Shown here one piece after another: positions 23,740 to 36,781 of a stretch of DNA of 64,000 nt; within the stretch, counting starts at the first letter, position 1; each line of letters opens with the position of its first letter. The notes under the pieces are model-generated. The model was not told the origin of the DNA and ran no database searches. It saw nothing but the letters and a program-made list of their open reading frames with translations. The stretch covers positions 85,436,001 through 85,500,000 of the forward strand of contig OX597821.1 in assembly GCA_951406725.2 (NCBI GenBank), read 5' to 3'. The position numbers and the translations under genes were made by a program. The stretch comes from Octopus vulgaris. Lineage: Eukaryota.

Positions 23740-24192
23740 GAACACACCAAGGTGAAAAACAGTCACCCATATACACTGAGAACGGACCAGATGTCTACAC
23801 ACACTGAGGCAAGAAGAAAAAGATTGCCATAACCACTGATGCAAAATAACAGTGTATACGAATATCTAGCCAAAGACAGACCAGATGTCTACATAACTGA
23901 AGCAAAACAGACCAGATGTCCATATAACTGAGGCAAGTTAGACCAGATGTCCATATATATAGTGAAGTAAGATTGACCAGATAACCATATACACCAACAT
24001 AACAACAGACATATATATAGACCAGATGACCATAAACACTGAAGTAAAATTAGACAAGATGTCCATATATATGGAAGCAAGATAGCCCAGATGCCCATAT
24101 ACACCGAGGCAAAAACAGACCAGATGTCTATATAGTCTAATATAAGATGGACCATATGTCTTCATACAATGAGGCAAAATAAACTAGATGTC
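23740..24192. repeat. Degenerate minisatellite, unit about 31-34 bp, core GACCAGATGTCCATAT
   Basis: The core recurs at about 23785, 23879, 23910, 23941, 23975, 24020, 24052, 24085, 24118, 24150 and 24182. Confidence 0.8.
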
Positions 24193-24831
24193 TTAGTCTT
24201 TGGTGAAACATTGTTACTCTAATTAAATAAAAAGCCATCTGCTGACCATCAAGAAAATGAAAAAAAATTCAGATATCTGGGCCCTAAAGACTCCCTAACA
24301 ACAATAATCTGTGACAGGCTAATGTCTATGATAGTGCTGAATTACAGACAAAATGCTCAGACATTCAAACATTACTGCTCTACTATGTCTTCCCTTGGGC
24401 AAGATAGAAAAGTCTCCTAGCTCTATCTACTTTGCTAAAAGTTCCATTGTTGCTTGAGTGGTTAGAGATAAGAAGGAGCTTCAGCTATGAAACATAGCAG
24501 TAACTCCACATAAAGGAGAAAAAAGAAAAAAAGCATTTAAAATGGATACAAAACTGTGAAAAGGAAAAAGAATTCTGTGACAAGGAAACATTAACAAATG
24601 GTAAAGTCAAGCTTTATGTTCAAATTCAAGAGGAATATCCAAAATCACTAACTCATGAATAGAAATGTTCTTTCACTATAAACTATTTCAATTTGATTGC
24701 TCACAATTATTAGTCTTGTTATCACAGAGCTGTCAGTCGACTGCAGCAATGACTCAACACCTAAGCCAAATAATTTAATACTCAAGCCTCTTGAGAACGT
24801 TATATCTGTATGCATGTATGTACACACACAC

Positions 24832-24868
<37 letters not shown>

Positions 24869-25193
24869 AGCGGTAAAAACGCAATTCAGTTTTATATATA
24901 GAGATATATATATATATATATGTATATTTATATTCATTTGAAGCTGATGATTCACTTCACTGCTCTCCAGATTTTCTATTCATATGCAAACCTTTGGGTA
25001 ATAAAAGTTTGCATGTGTCAAGACAATGAGTAGCTTTGAGAGAATCGGCCAGCTTCGAATAAATTAATTTCATTAAATATGCCAAGCAACTTTTCTCTGG
25101 TTTGTTTACTCCAACGTAGGTCCACACACACACACACATTAGAGAGTGTATGTAAGTACACCCACACATATACAATACTTCTTAAGTAATCTA

Positions 25194-25466
25194 TCATCAT
25201 CATCGTTTAACGTCCGTTTTCCGCGCTAGCACAGGTTGGACGGTTCGACTGGGGTCTGGGAAGCCAGGGACTGCACCAGGCTCCAGTCTGATCTGGCAGT
25301 GTTTCTACAGCTGGATGCCCTTCCTAATGCCAACCACTCCGCGAGTGTAGTGGGTGCTTTTTACGTGCCCGGCACAGGTGCCAGGGGAGTCTGACATCGG
25401 CCACGATTGGTTGGTGCTTTTAACGTGCCACCGGCACGGAAGCCAGTCAAGGCGGCACTGGCATCT
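25194..25466 (-). mobile_element. (GAT)n-tailed SINE-like element, 5'-truncated
   Basis: Reverse complement of the 6119-6596 family. Confidence 0.85.
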
Positions 25467-25844
25467 ATATATACTGTATATACAGCAAAACTAAAGTAGT
25501 GATAACAAAACTTGACAGCTAAGTTTTTTTAAAGAGAAAATTACAACATAACAGAACATCACCCTTAATAAGGTGATCCTTACAATATTATTTGAATAGT
25601 TGTAACCATAAAATATCTCACTTCTGAGCAAGGCCAGCAGCATAACAAATTCCAATTCCTTTGATTTTCACAGATTAAGTTATAGATTTTTCTAGCTGGC
25701 ATTTGAAGGGATAAAACAGGAGGAACACAAGATGTTATCCATGAACGTGAGACAACTATCAACAATTTAGTACCAACATTGCTAACAACACCTTTATCAT
25801 CACTATGATCGGGTTAAAACAACTGAACATTTATTACTACCACT

Positions 25845-26251
25845 AGGCGCGGGTGCAGCAGTGCAGTAAGAAGGTTGCTTCCGAACCACATGGTTCTGGG
25901 TTCAGTCCCACTGCATGGCACCTTGGGCAAGTGTCTTCAACTATAGCCTTGGGTCAACCAAAGCTTTGCAAGTGGATTTGGTAGATGGAAACTGAAAGAA
26001 GCACAAGCCCGCCATATGAGTATGTGCATATGTTCTTGGTATGTTTATCCCCACCTACCACTTGATAACCCATGCTGGTGTGTTTATGTCCCTATAACTT
26101 AGTGGTTCAGCAAAAAAGATTGATAGAATAGGTACCAGGCTTTTCAAAAAAGATAATAAATACAGGAGTTGATTCATTCAACTAAAATTCTTCAAGGTTG
26201 CGCTTCAGCATGATCGCAGTCTAACGACTGAAAGCAACTAAAAGATAAAAG
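25845..26251 (+). mobile_element. CORE-like tRNA SINE, older copy
   Basis: Family match with more divergence. Confidence 0.8.
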
Positions 26252-26309
26252 ACAATCCTTTGCAATAGCCACACCTTTAATAGGTCCACCAAGAACAAGC
26301 CAATGCAGC

Positions 26310-26497
26310 CTCTATCTGGTCGTCTGACCTGCTAGAAAGAGTAGCCAAATTTCCCTCAAATTTTAAATAAAGAAAGGACACACTCAATAATATAGTCCTA
26401 AATAGCTTTAGAAAGCCAGGATGGTCATGGCCAAAATGCTTTGATCATGAGATTGTTCAATCAGTGTTGACACAGAGTGAAACAACAACAACAACAA
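26310..26497 (+). mobile_element. Degenerate SINE-like repeat with a (CAA)n tail
   Basis: ggtcgtctgacctgctagaaa..gccaaatttccctcaaa..ggatggtcatggc..aaacaacaac. Relatives lie near 2200, 15600, 20000, 22420, 31500, 34680, 59000 and 60450. Confidence 0.6.
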
Positions 26498-27248
26498 GTT
26501 ACATCAATAGCATCTTTTAATACTGCCACCACCACCACCACCCTATACCTTTAGTATCACTATCATAGCCACAACAGCTAACAAGAAGAAGAAGAAGCAA
26601 ATTAAAGTTCAATATTTATCATTCTAGATTAATTAAAAGACAATCAAATCAAAATGAATGATTACCATTGTGGTGAACAATGACTGCGAGGAAATGAAGA
26701 ATTTGCTGTTGAAGTTGGAATGAGAATGATGAAGATCTGATAGAATAATACCATGATGGTTGTGATAGTGAGCTAACAAGTGACTAATTCACAAATTACT
26801 AACACTAGTGAACCAAACAGTCATCCGACCGGTAGATATCTACACAATATAATTGACAAAGTGGAGGTGTACATCTATCTATTGATCTATCTGTGTGTAT
26901 ATATGTCTATATATATATATATATATGTATATATATGTATGTACATACTAAACGCAACAATGTTCCGGTAAGGTGCAAGGGAACAAACAATATATCTGAA
27001 TGTGTGATTTCTTTTTTCTTTTTCTTTTTTCTACTCTTGTGAAATAACAACAGCCAAGATAAATATTGTTAGATTCCTTGTCCATATTGGTTTTTCTTAC
27101 CCCCGTCTCTCTTAAAAGCCTGACAAGTAAAGTAGGATTAATAACAGCAGGATGAGGGCTCCTTCTATGAATTGCATGTGCTGACCTCTGACACCTCATG
27201 ACTATGCAGCATCTCAGCATCTCACTTCTCAAAGTGACAGAGACAGTA

Positions 27249-27290
<42 letters not shown>

Positions 27291-28119
27291 ATGTATGTCT
27301 GTGTCCAAGGTGAAAACGAGGAATATAAACAGATATTTACACAAATATATCAGGTGGTGGTGTTGGAAAGCAAACATACAAATAAATATAGAAGGAGGTG
27401 GAGAATAGAACTTTGGTGGTGGTAGAGACTAGGCACATTTCTAACTCTTTAATTTTCACTTGAAACCACAGTATCAGCAATGTCTCTTTACATCTTGAAA
27501 CAAGAGAACGATGATGATGAGAGAAAGAGAGAAAGAGAGAGAGAGAGAGAGAGAATGAGAGAAGTAAAACAAAAACAAATTAAGAATCAAGCAAAGTGTG
27601 AACATTTTTATTAAGCTGTCACAGTCCATAATTAATTGAAGCTAATGTTTGCAAGTGTTTTTACTCGTATGCTGACGGGGCCAGAGTAATTGATGAAGCA
27701 GTGAAGTAAAGCAAGGCCAATCGGCTGGTTCAGCTAAAAATATGCCGTTAATTAAGCCACTTGCTCAACGGATGAAGGAGGGCCAACGGCGCCCTCACCA
27801 TCCATCCTCACCAAAAAAAACCAACACTACCACCATTACCACCACCATCACTACCACAACAAAAAAAAAAAAGAGAATGAAAGACAACAAACCATTCTGT
27901 GATTATTGGAAAACAAATAAAACAAGTCAACAACCATAACAATCTATGGATCGGATGTCATAAATAATTCAACCATTCCCTCCTCTTTTTATTTTAGAAT
28001 TGATGAAAATAGCGGAAATAAAAATAAATAAATGGTAATAAAAATGAAATAGAAAAAAACCCCAAAAAAAAAAGAAGACAGCAATTTTAAGATAAGACAT
28101 GAAAACAGGAACATACATA

Positions 28120-28126
28120 CATATAA

Positions 28127-28171
<45 letters not shown>

Positions 28172-28387
28172 GGGAAGAATAAAGAAGATTCAAGTTTAAC
28201 AAAACAAGCAACAAAAACAAAAAAAGTTAGCAAAAAAATATATGTAGTAAAAGTGTGATAAATGAATATAAAGTGGAAAAAAAAAATTGACAAATAATAC
28301 ATATATATATATACACACACACACACACATACATACATTTATATATATATACATACATACATACATACATGTATATATATATACATT

Positions 28388-28419
<32 letters not shown>

Positions 28420-28485
28420 TACATACATACATTTATATATACATACATACACACACATACACAGACATATATACACATATATAAA
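28120..28485. repeat. Compound (GA)n/(TA)n/(CA)n/(CATA)n microsatellite cluster
   Basis: Seen directly. Similar clusters lie at 29540-29915 and 62810-63115. Confidence 0.9.
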
Positions 28486-28966
28486 ATTGTTAATATTCAG
28501 CAATGAATTCCTACAGATGAATCTGCTTTCTCGCATCTATGGCACTTATCATATTGGAACTATTATTGACAAACATTATCAAAGAGAAGTGCAACGATAT
28601 GCAGGATGAGAGCCTCTGTTTCTTTTCACTTTCCCATCTCCTTTCATAATGAGAGTATGTGTATGTGCATTTGGGGGTAAATATATATACACGAACGGGA
28701 GGGGGGAGAGAACAAGAGAGAGGTAGGGGGGGAGGGACAGAACTGGGGACGAGGCAGGGAGTTGTCTTAGAAAAACTGTCTTTTGCAATATTTCTTTCAC
28801 TTCCCTTGATTTCCCCAACAATTTTTTTCATGTTATTATCAAACACATTGATATCACAATTATTATTATTATTATTATTAATATACTTTTTACTATTTAT
28901 TCCTAATTTACTTTTTTGATTTCTTTCATTTAATCATTTATCACTATCTTTCATTATTGTTGTAAT

Positions 28967-28998
<32 letters not shown>

Positions 28999-29630
28999 TC
29001 ACTCGTCTTCTATTCTATTTTATTTAGCTAACTATATTTTTCTTTCTTTTTTTTTCTTTCCCCCCCTTTTCTCTCATTTCCTGTGTTTTTTTAGTTTTCA
29101 TTATTATTATTATTATTTCTTTTTTTTTTTTTAATATTGTATTTTATATCTTCTTTATGTTTTTGCTTTGAGCTGAAATCAGCCATGTTAGAGCCTGAAA
29201 AGAAATTGCCAGAACAAAGGGCAAATCAATATGGGTAGAACAATTTATTACTGCAAACTGGTTAGCCATTAAGCGATGCTTCTTTTATCTGGCGCCATTG
29301 GGCATAGAATCTGAAGAGAAACACATCATGTCATGGGCAAGAGATTGATCATGCTCGCTGCCGTGCCAAACACTGTTCACAATAAGGAGAGCGGCTCGTT
29401 CCTTCCCATTTACAAGACTGTTAGTGCAGTGTTTACACGCCAGCAAAACAGCTGCTTTAACTCTCACGGACAGCTAGTTAACCAATAGCAACATGTTTAA
29501 AATAAACACATAAAAGTAAAAAAAATAAATAAAAATAAAATGCACACACACACACACACGCACACAGATCTGTGCATAAGGACATAAATATATACATATA
29601 AAATACACACACACACAAAAACATACAGAC

Positions 29631-29666
<36 letters not shown>

Positions 29667-30877
29667 ATACATGCATGCAGATCTGTGCATAAGGACATAA
29701 ATATATACATATAAAATACACACACACACAAAAACATATACATACATATATATATATACACACACACACACATACATATATAAACATACATACAAATCTA
29801 CCTACATAAACATACTTACAGATATACAAATATAAACACATATATATATATATATATATATAAATACATCTACATAAATACATACAACACATACACACAC
29901 ACACACACGCACGCATAAAAAATAAGTAAGTGAATAAAAGTAATAAATGCAGAGAGTGAAAGGGGAGAAGTTCAGAATCAGTGAGTGTTCCACCGACGAC
30001 CATCCTTCCACGTCGCTCTGTCTCCACTTCACCTGGGGTATAATATCATCATGGAACATCTAGTGTGATAGGAAGATGCTAAGATGTTGCTGCTGCTGCT
30101 GCTGTTTATTGGTTCAGAACTTCAAGCTAAAGATAAACCACCTTCTTCACCACCACCATCATCACTGCCGCCGCCACCACCGACTTCTACCCTTGGAAGT
30201 AGTCACTTCACTGCACCCTTATCTCTATCGTTCATTCCCTCCCCCCCACCTCCTTCCAATACGAATTAAAGATAATGTGGTTTTTAGATATTTGAGAGGC
30301 ACAAGTAGTGAATGAGCAAATAAGTGGAAAAAAAAGAAAATAGAAATATAGAAAGAAAGAAAAGAAAAAATAATGGTAGAATATATAGAATGACATGCAC
30401 AGTAAATATGACAGCATGTGTATGTGCTGCACGTATGCGCGTGTGTGTGTGTGTGTGAGTATGCATGGTGTGGAAAGGTTTTTATGGCAGTTCAGCAATG
30501 ATTTATTGGATATTACTAAACATTTTTCAATAAAGGATCCCCAAGATACAAATATGACAGGACAGTATTTCTTCTTTCCTTCTTTTAATATGATATTAAT
30601 ATTATCAATAACAACAACAACAACATAAAAAACGGCCAACCAAAAATAACAACATATGAAAATGTTTACAAATAATTTGAAATTAGAAATTGATTCATAA
30701 CATTTCACACTCACTCGCACACGCACACACACACACATGCTGAGATGTACACAAAACAATTTACTTATTAAAATGTTTGTGTGTATGTGTGCGCACATAC
30801 ACATGTGCATGCGTGCATGTCTATGACTGTGACAAGTATGTTTGTGTGTGCATACATGCATGTGGATGGACATTCTC

Positions 30878-30917
<40 letters not shown>

Positions 30918-33900
30918 TTTATGACTATTATTAACTAAATTTTCTGCAACAGAATATCACATCAATACAAAACAAATTTATTCCATAAGAATAAAAAATA
31001 AATCCAATTGAAATCTGTTTTTCAACCCTGAAACCAATATAATTCTAGAGAAAGCACAAGAAAAAACTGTAACCCTATCTTAGAGCAGCAAGTTATATGT
31101 TTTCTTTAATTTCATTATTATATTTTGTTTTTGTGATTTACAATTTTTTTTCAGACACTTCAATTTATTTGAAATTGAAATTTTCAATAAGAATTGTCGA
31201 AGAGAAGTTAAACAATTGCTTTGAAAGTTCTTCTTTCTCGTCTCTTCCTCTCCCCTCCTTGTTTAGAGTTTGTGTCTTGACAAATATAGTAAAATATACC
31301 ATTTAGTTTATACTGTAGAGGTTACAGTGGGAGAAGTGAGCAGTCTAGAATACATGGTAAAGAAACTAGAGAACCATATAAATCTTAAAGCTCTCTCTGT
31401 TTACCACCACATGAAACTTATGCCAACATGAGCTATTGCGACAGACTTTACTTTTTTTGCCCCCTCCCAGGTAACACCAAAACTTTCCATAAATCACAAC
31501 TTATTGACTACAAAAAGGACACATTAGATAATGTGTCCTAAATGTCTAAATGGTTAAAAAAAAAACATAAAGTTGGGATGGTCACAGTTTGAGTACCTTT
31601 GATGATATGTCTACCTGATTATAGTTGACCAGAGATTAAACCACAACAACATTATGATAAAAAGCTTACCAAACTTGTTTTCTATCACAAAGACAAAGAA
31701 ATAGACAACTCCATAACTGTCTACTATGGTGGTGCGTGATAGTGTCATTTTCTAGTGAAAATTTGAAATGATCTCATTGCTGATACGGCAATGTTGTACC
31801 TAAGTGAAGATGTGAGATCAGTTCAAATACCTAAGCTGTCATGGGGTCGTCAGACCTGGAACAAGATGTAAGATCAGATCTAATGCTATTGGTAAAGAAG
31901 CAATTAAAAAAAAAACCTATGTAGATAATTGAAAGAGGTGCTCATCTAAATCAATGTTTTACTTCTATGTTATATTTTTATAATGAACAAACAATGAATA
32001 TACTGAAATAAACAATGTCTCCATCATTATTATTACTTCTAATTCATTAAACTTAACTTCTTGTGAACTGCTAAAGGTTACTGACAACATTCCTAAAACT
32101 ATCCTATTTAGTAACAGGTTTCTTTTAGAGAAAGTGGTAAGATACAATAAATATTATCTCTCAATACTTGAGATGCTAAGTGGCTTTTAAGATAATAATT
32201 TTTTGGACTATTAATCTCATCTTTAGAGATGAAACATTTTTTTAATATTTACATTCAGACAATGTTTCTACCATCATCATTCGGGGGTCATAACTTATGC
32301 GTCAAACTGAATAACATGAAAATAATAATAATTGTACAGGAATCAGTATAGAGCTTTATTAACCTTAATTTAATAAAGGCTATCAAGCACAACTTCAGTT
32401 TGTATAACACAAGCAATGGTAATCAGAGATTAAAACATTGATACATAGTGGAAATGTTTGCTTGTTAATTTAATGCCCGTTTTCCTGAGCTAGAATGGGT
32501 TGGGTGGCAACACGAGGCAGGATTACTGGACCAACCATTACTTGATTTTTAAGAGAGGAGACAGGAATTTTATTTCTATTGCACATGTCTTTCAAAGTGC
32601 AGAGTGACCAGATGTAATGGCTACAAAGAATGTTAACATCACATCAGTTTTACTGAGACAGTGACAAATGAAGCCATGACATATCGACATTCACATATGT
32701 TTGCAGGCACAAACACAAATATGCCTGACGGGGGCCTGCTATTTCTGTCTATCAAATTCACCCACAACACAACTGTCCACAGTTGTGCAATGAGACTGAA
32801 CCTGTAACTACATGGTTGTGAAGTGAACTTCTTAGCCACTCAACCACGTCTGCATCTATTTATTAAAAAATGTTTAATTCCTGAAAATAAGTTGAAAATC
32901 TGAAAAATCATAATTTTATGATCTCCGCAAGTTTTAAAACACTATAGTTACTGTGGTTTGCAAGGAAATGTACTTTCTTAGAGTTATCAACAGTTTCAGC
33001 ATACATTCTCACAAAAGATTGTCCAATTGTATCTTTAAGTATGAATCATTCTGTAACTGTTTCCTTTCCATGTAACCCCTCATCTCATTCTGTCTGGTTT
33101 TTTAAACTCAACACCAGAACGCATTGACAATAACCAACCCTTATGACTGTAAATAATCAAGGATAAAAATAAAATCAGTAGAAGTTAATGATGAATCCGT
33201 TAGTAATTTTACAGAGAGTAGCTTTAATATTTACTTCAGTTTTGTAGAAGGTACTTTGATTGCTTAAGCTTTACACATCAATACCCATTCCTACATTACA
33301 GTTTAGAAACATACACCTAACCGTGAAAATAACTCCTCCAATAATTTATATGCAAATTTTCAGAGCATTTAAGCATTTAATCCTTACTAAAACAGAGAAT
33401 GGAAAGCAAAATATTTCTCTATGTAGAGAAATAAATAAAACACTGAAGCAATAATGCCTACATACCATAGACTGAATATGCATGAGGTCCAGCTTCAGTC
33501 ACACACACACACACACACACACACGATACAGATTATATAGAATATGAAAACGAAAGTCCCCCCCCCCCATCCCCCCCCTCAAAAACCCAAACAAACAAAC
33601 AAAATTTTCCATATTGTACTCTTCACATCACTTACTGTAACTGTAATATATTTTGTCCAACAGCCTAAACAGAATATATACATATGCCTGTGTGTGTGTG
33701 TGTGTGTACGCGTGCGTACATACATAAGATGAAAAGGGAAACCTTCTAAGTAATATAATTTGATGTTTGTGTCATTCTTTAGGTAAATGCCGCCACAGTT
33801 GCTGGAATTGTACATCACCCACCTCCTTCCACCGGACTACACACATACACACACACTCAAACCCATTTAATAGAATTTCACCTTGAAAGCGTCTTTAGTG

Positions 33901-34947
33901 GAAACATTGACAACTGTAAAAGACGGACCAATAAAATGGGGTAAATCACACAGTGGTTTCACAATGTCTAGTGAAGCACGGATGAAAGTATTTTAGCTAA
34001 CTGTAAATGATAGATACTTTACAATTGAACATGTCGCCCTCGATAACACACCGTTTGATAAACATTTGCCGACAAATCTGGTTGTTCTGATACACTAATG
34101 ATAAAAGGCGTCTCCATAATATAATACTTACCTAAGATAAAAGACATGTAAATGGTAAACTAAATTTGGTTAAGTTGTTTAGGAGAGAAAGAAGGAAAAT
34201 AAAGCCAGAAGAATATTAATGTTGGCTGGAATAATTAGCAAGCCTTTGCCGGACCAGCTTAAATAATAAAATTAGTTGCCTATAGACTATCAACAGATGG
34301 TTCATGAGAAAAGCAGAACAACAAATGAGAGGTAAATCCTCTTGTAAAGATTAAAAAAAAGAACTTATTATTTCTTTTGAAACATCTATTGTTCTATGCT
34401 AGCAAGAGTCTAAGAATTCAAATATCTGCCACAAAAGTTCCTGTGAAAATATCCTGTAGTGAGATGCCTAGTTGATCACATCAACTACTTGGGTAAAAAT
34501 GATCCCTAATTTCAACCAGTTAAAGAGTAACATATTTTGTCTAGGGGACCCCATGGTAAAACAAGATATATCTAGTTAACAAATATTGACAAATCTAGAG
34601 TTAATTAATAAGTTATTCATGATTACACTCAAGCCTGCACATTAATGTCGACACTGGGTGCTTCTGTGTTTACTCAACTTGCAAGAAATAGCTACCAAAT
34701 CTCCTTCATTCCATGATGTGGTATTTCAAAAAAAGAGAAAATACTGGACATGTGGGGGAAAAAAAAAATGAAATGTCCCCACTGTGACCACAAGTATACT
34801 GGATTAGGGCCGATCAGGGGCTATACAACAACACTATAACCACAAGTTGACTTTTTAAATATTGTAGTAAAATAGTATCTTTAATTGAAAACTAATCTTA
34901 AACAGTCTGCATAAAGGGTGTGTAGATGTGTATGGATACATGTATAT

Positions 34948-35248
34948 CATCATCATCATCATCATCATCATTTAACGTCCACTTTCCATGCTAGCATGGG
35001 TTGGACGGTTCAACTGGGGTCTGTGAAGCCAGAAGGATGCACCAGGCCCAGTCTGATCTGGCAGTGTTTCTACGGCTGGATGCCCTTCCTAACGCCAACC
35101 ACTCCATGAGTGTAGTGGGTGCTTTTTACGTACCACCGGCACAGGTGCCAGACAGAGCTGGCAGACGGCCACGGACGGATGGTGCTTTTACGTGCCACCG
35201 GCACAGGGGCCAGGCGAGGCTGGCAACGGCCACGAACGGATGGTGCTT
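34948..35248 (-). mobile_element. (GAT)n-tailed SINE-like element with variant tandem units
   Basis: Family match; the spacers between the ggtgcttttacgtgccaccggcac modules differ from those in the 6119 copy. Confidence 0.8.
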
Positions 35249-36074
35249 AAACTGGATAAAATATTCAGTCTTTCCTCTTCTCAATCTACAGTTATTGACC
35301 ACACTTAAATCAGATGCCTGGTCATGCCAATTATAATTTCCTTTACAATGACTATAATTCTACTCAACAACCTCATTCCACCGCCACGCTCTTACATCTC
35401 AGACAGAACACCATTTGTACCAAGAGAAAAATCCATTGTGGATAATAACTCTCTGAAAAATATCGACCCTATTTATACCCTGGTCTCCATACTTTCTTTT
35501 TTAGCACTAATCATATTACCAATATAGCAGAATGTAATATTACACACACACACACACACATGACTCCCAATGAAGCCCTAAAGCAGTCCATAGTTAAATA
35601 TACTATTATCATGTACTCTTAATATATCTTGCAATCTTCAGATTTTTATTTCATACTAGTCCGCCAACATCCTGTTAAGTGGATTTTTAATTAATTGTTT
35701 ATAGAAGTGAATTCTCACAAACCCCTTCATTACATACAAGGAAAGCCATGTCTTAGATACTATCAAACTTCATGTCCCTGTCAAAAAATAAAGGTATTTT
35801 ATTCCTTGATGGGTTAACTTTTAGCTCACACTTACAAGTTTTAGACTTCTACTGTTGTGCAATAAAACCCAGTGGTGTCAATCAAGTTACAAAATTTTCT
35901 ATGAGGTGGACATGAAGAGGGCCTTGATAGGGAAACATATGTGCATTTGTTTTTATTGAATTCATTTTTGACCTTGGTGAACCTTTTTTTTTTTGTACAG
36001 TCTTGCTTGGCCTGAGCTAATCTCAACAAGTCCTTCATTTAACTCGATTTTCAAATATATATATTTTCTCTTAT

Positions 36075-36409
36075 TTTATTCTTTTATTTGTTTCAGTTAT
36101 TTGACTGTGGCCATGCTGGAGCACTGCCTTTAGTCAAGCAAATCAACTCCAGGACTTATTCTTTTGAATGCCTGGTACTTATTCTATCATTCTCTTTTGC
36201 TGAACCGCTAAGTTACGGGAATGTAAACACACACACACACACACAAAACGGGCTTCTTTCAATTTCTGTTTACCAAATCCACTCACAAAGCTTTGGTCAG
36301 CCCGAAGCTATAGTAGAAGACAGTTGCTCGAGGCCCCATGCAGTGGGACTGAAGCCAGAACCATGTGGTTGGTAAGCAAGCTACTTACCACACAACCACT
36401 CCTGCGCCT
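36075..36409 (-). mobile_element. CORE-like tRNA SINE
   Basis: Family match. Confidence 0.85.
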
Positions 36410-36429
36410 ATACATACATACATACACAC

Positions 36430-36474
<45 letters not shown>

Positions 36475-36781
36475 GTACACACACATACACATACAGTGTC
36501 TCGGCATGGCCACAGCCAAGCCTTAGGGCTGAAAAGAATGAAAGAATATATACTGACACATTTAAATGTAAGAAAGAAATACTTGCTTCAGTAATTTAAA
36601 GAAACTATTCAAAATTACAAAACTCTCCAAATCTTAAACAGAAAAAAAAAATTGAATAGGAAAATATAACACTTAGTATAAGAACAACCACATTTAATGG
36701 CATAAAAAACACATTTCAACCCCCAAGAAAATGTCTCAAAGGGAAAACAAAGTCACCCCTGGTCCTGTATGCAAAGTTGGG

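Noticed and set aside
23740-24192. CRISPR-like repeat-spacer appearance
   Set aside because: The would-be spacers are related to each other and too short, the repeats are degenerate, there are no cas genes, and the context is a eukaryotic intron.
28087-30915. Many ORFs rich in YI/CV/HT dipeptides (also 56862-57108 and 62790-63249)
   Set aside because: They are translations of dinucleotide microsatellites.
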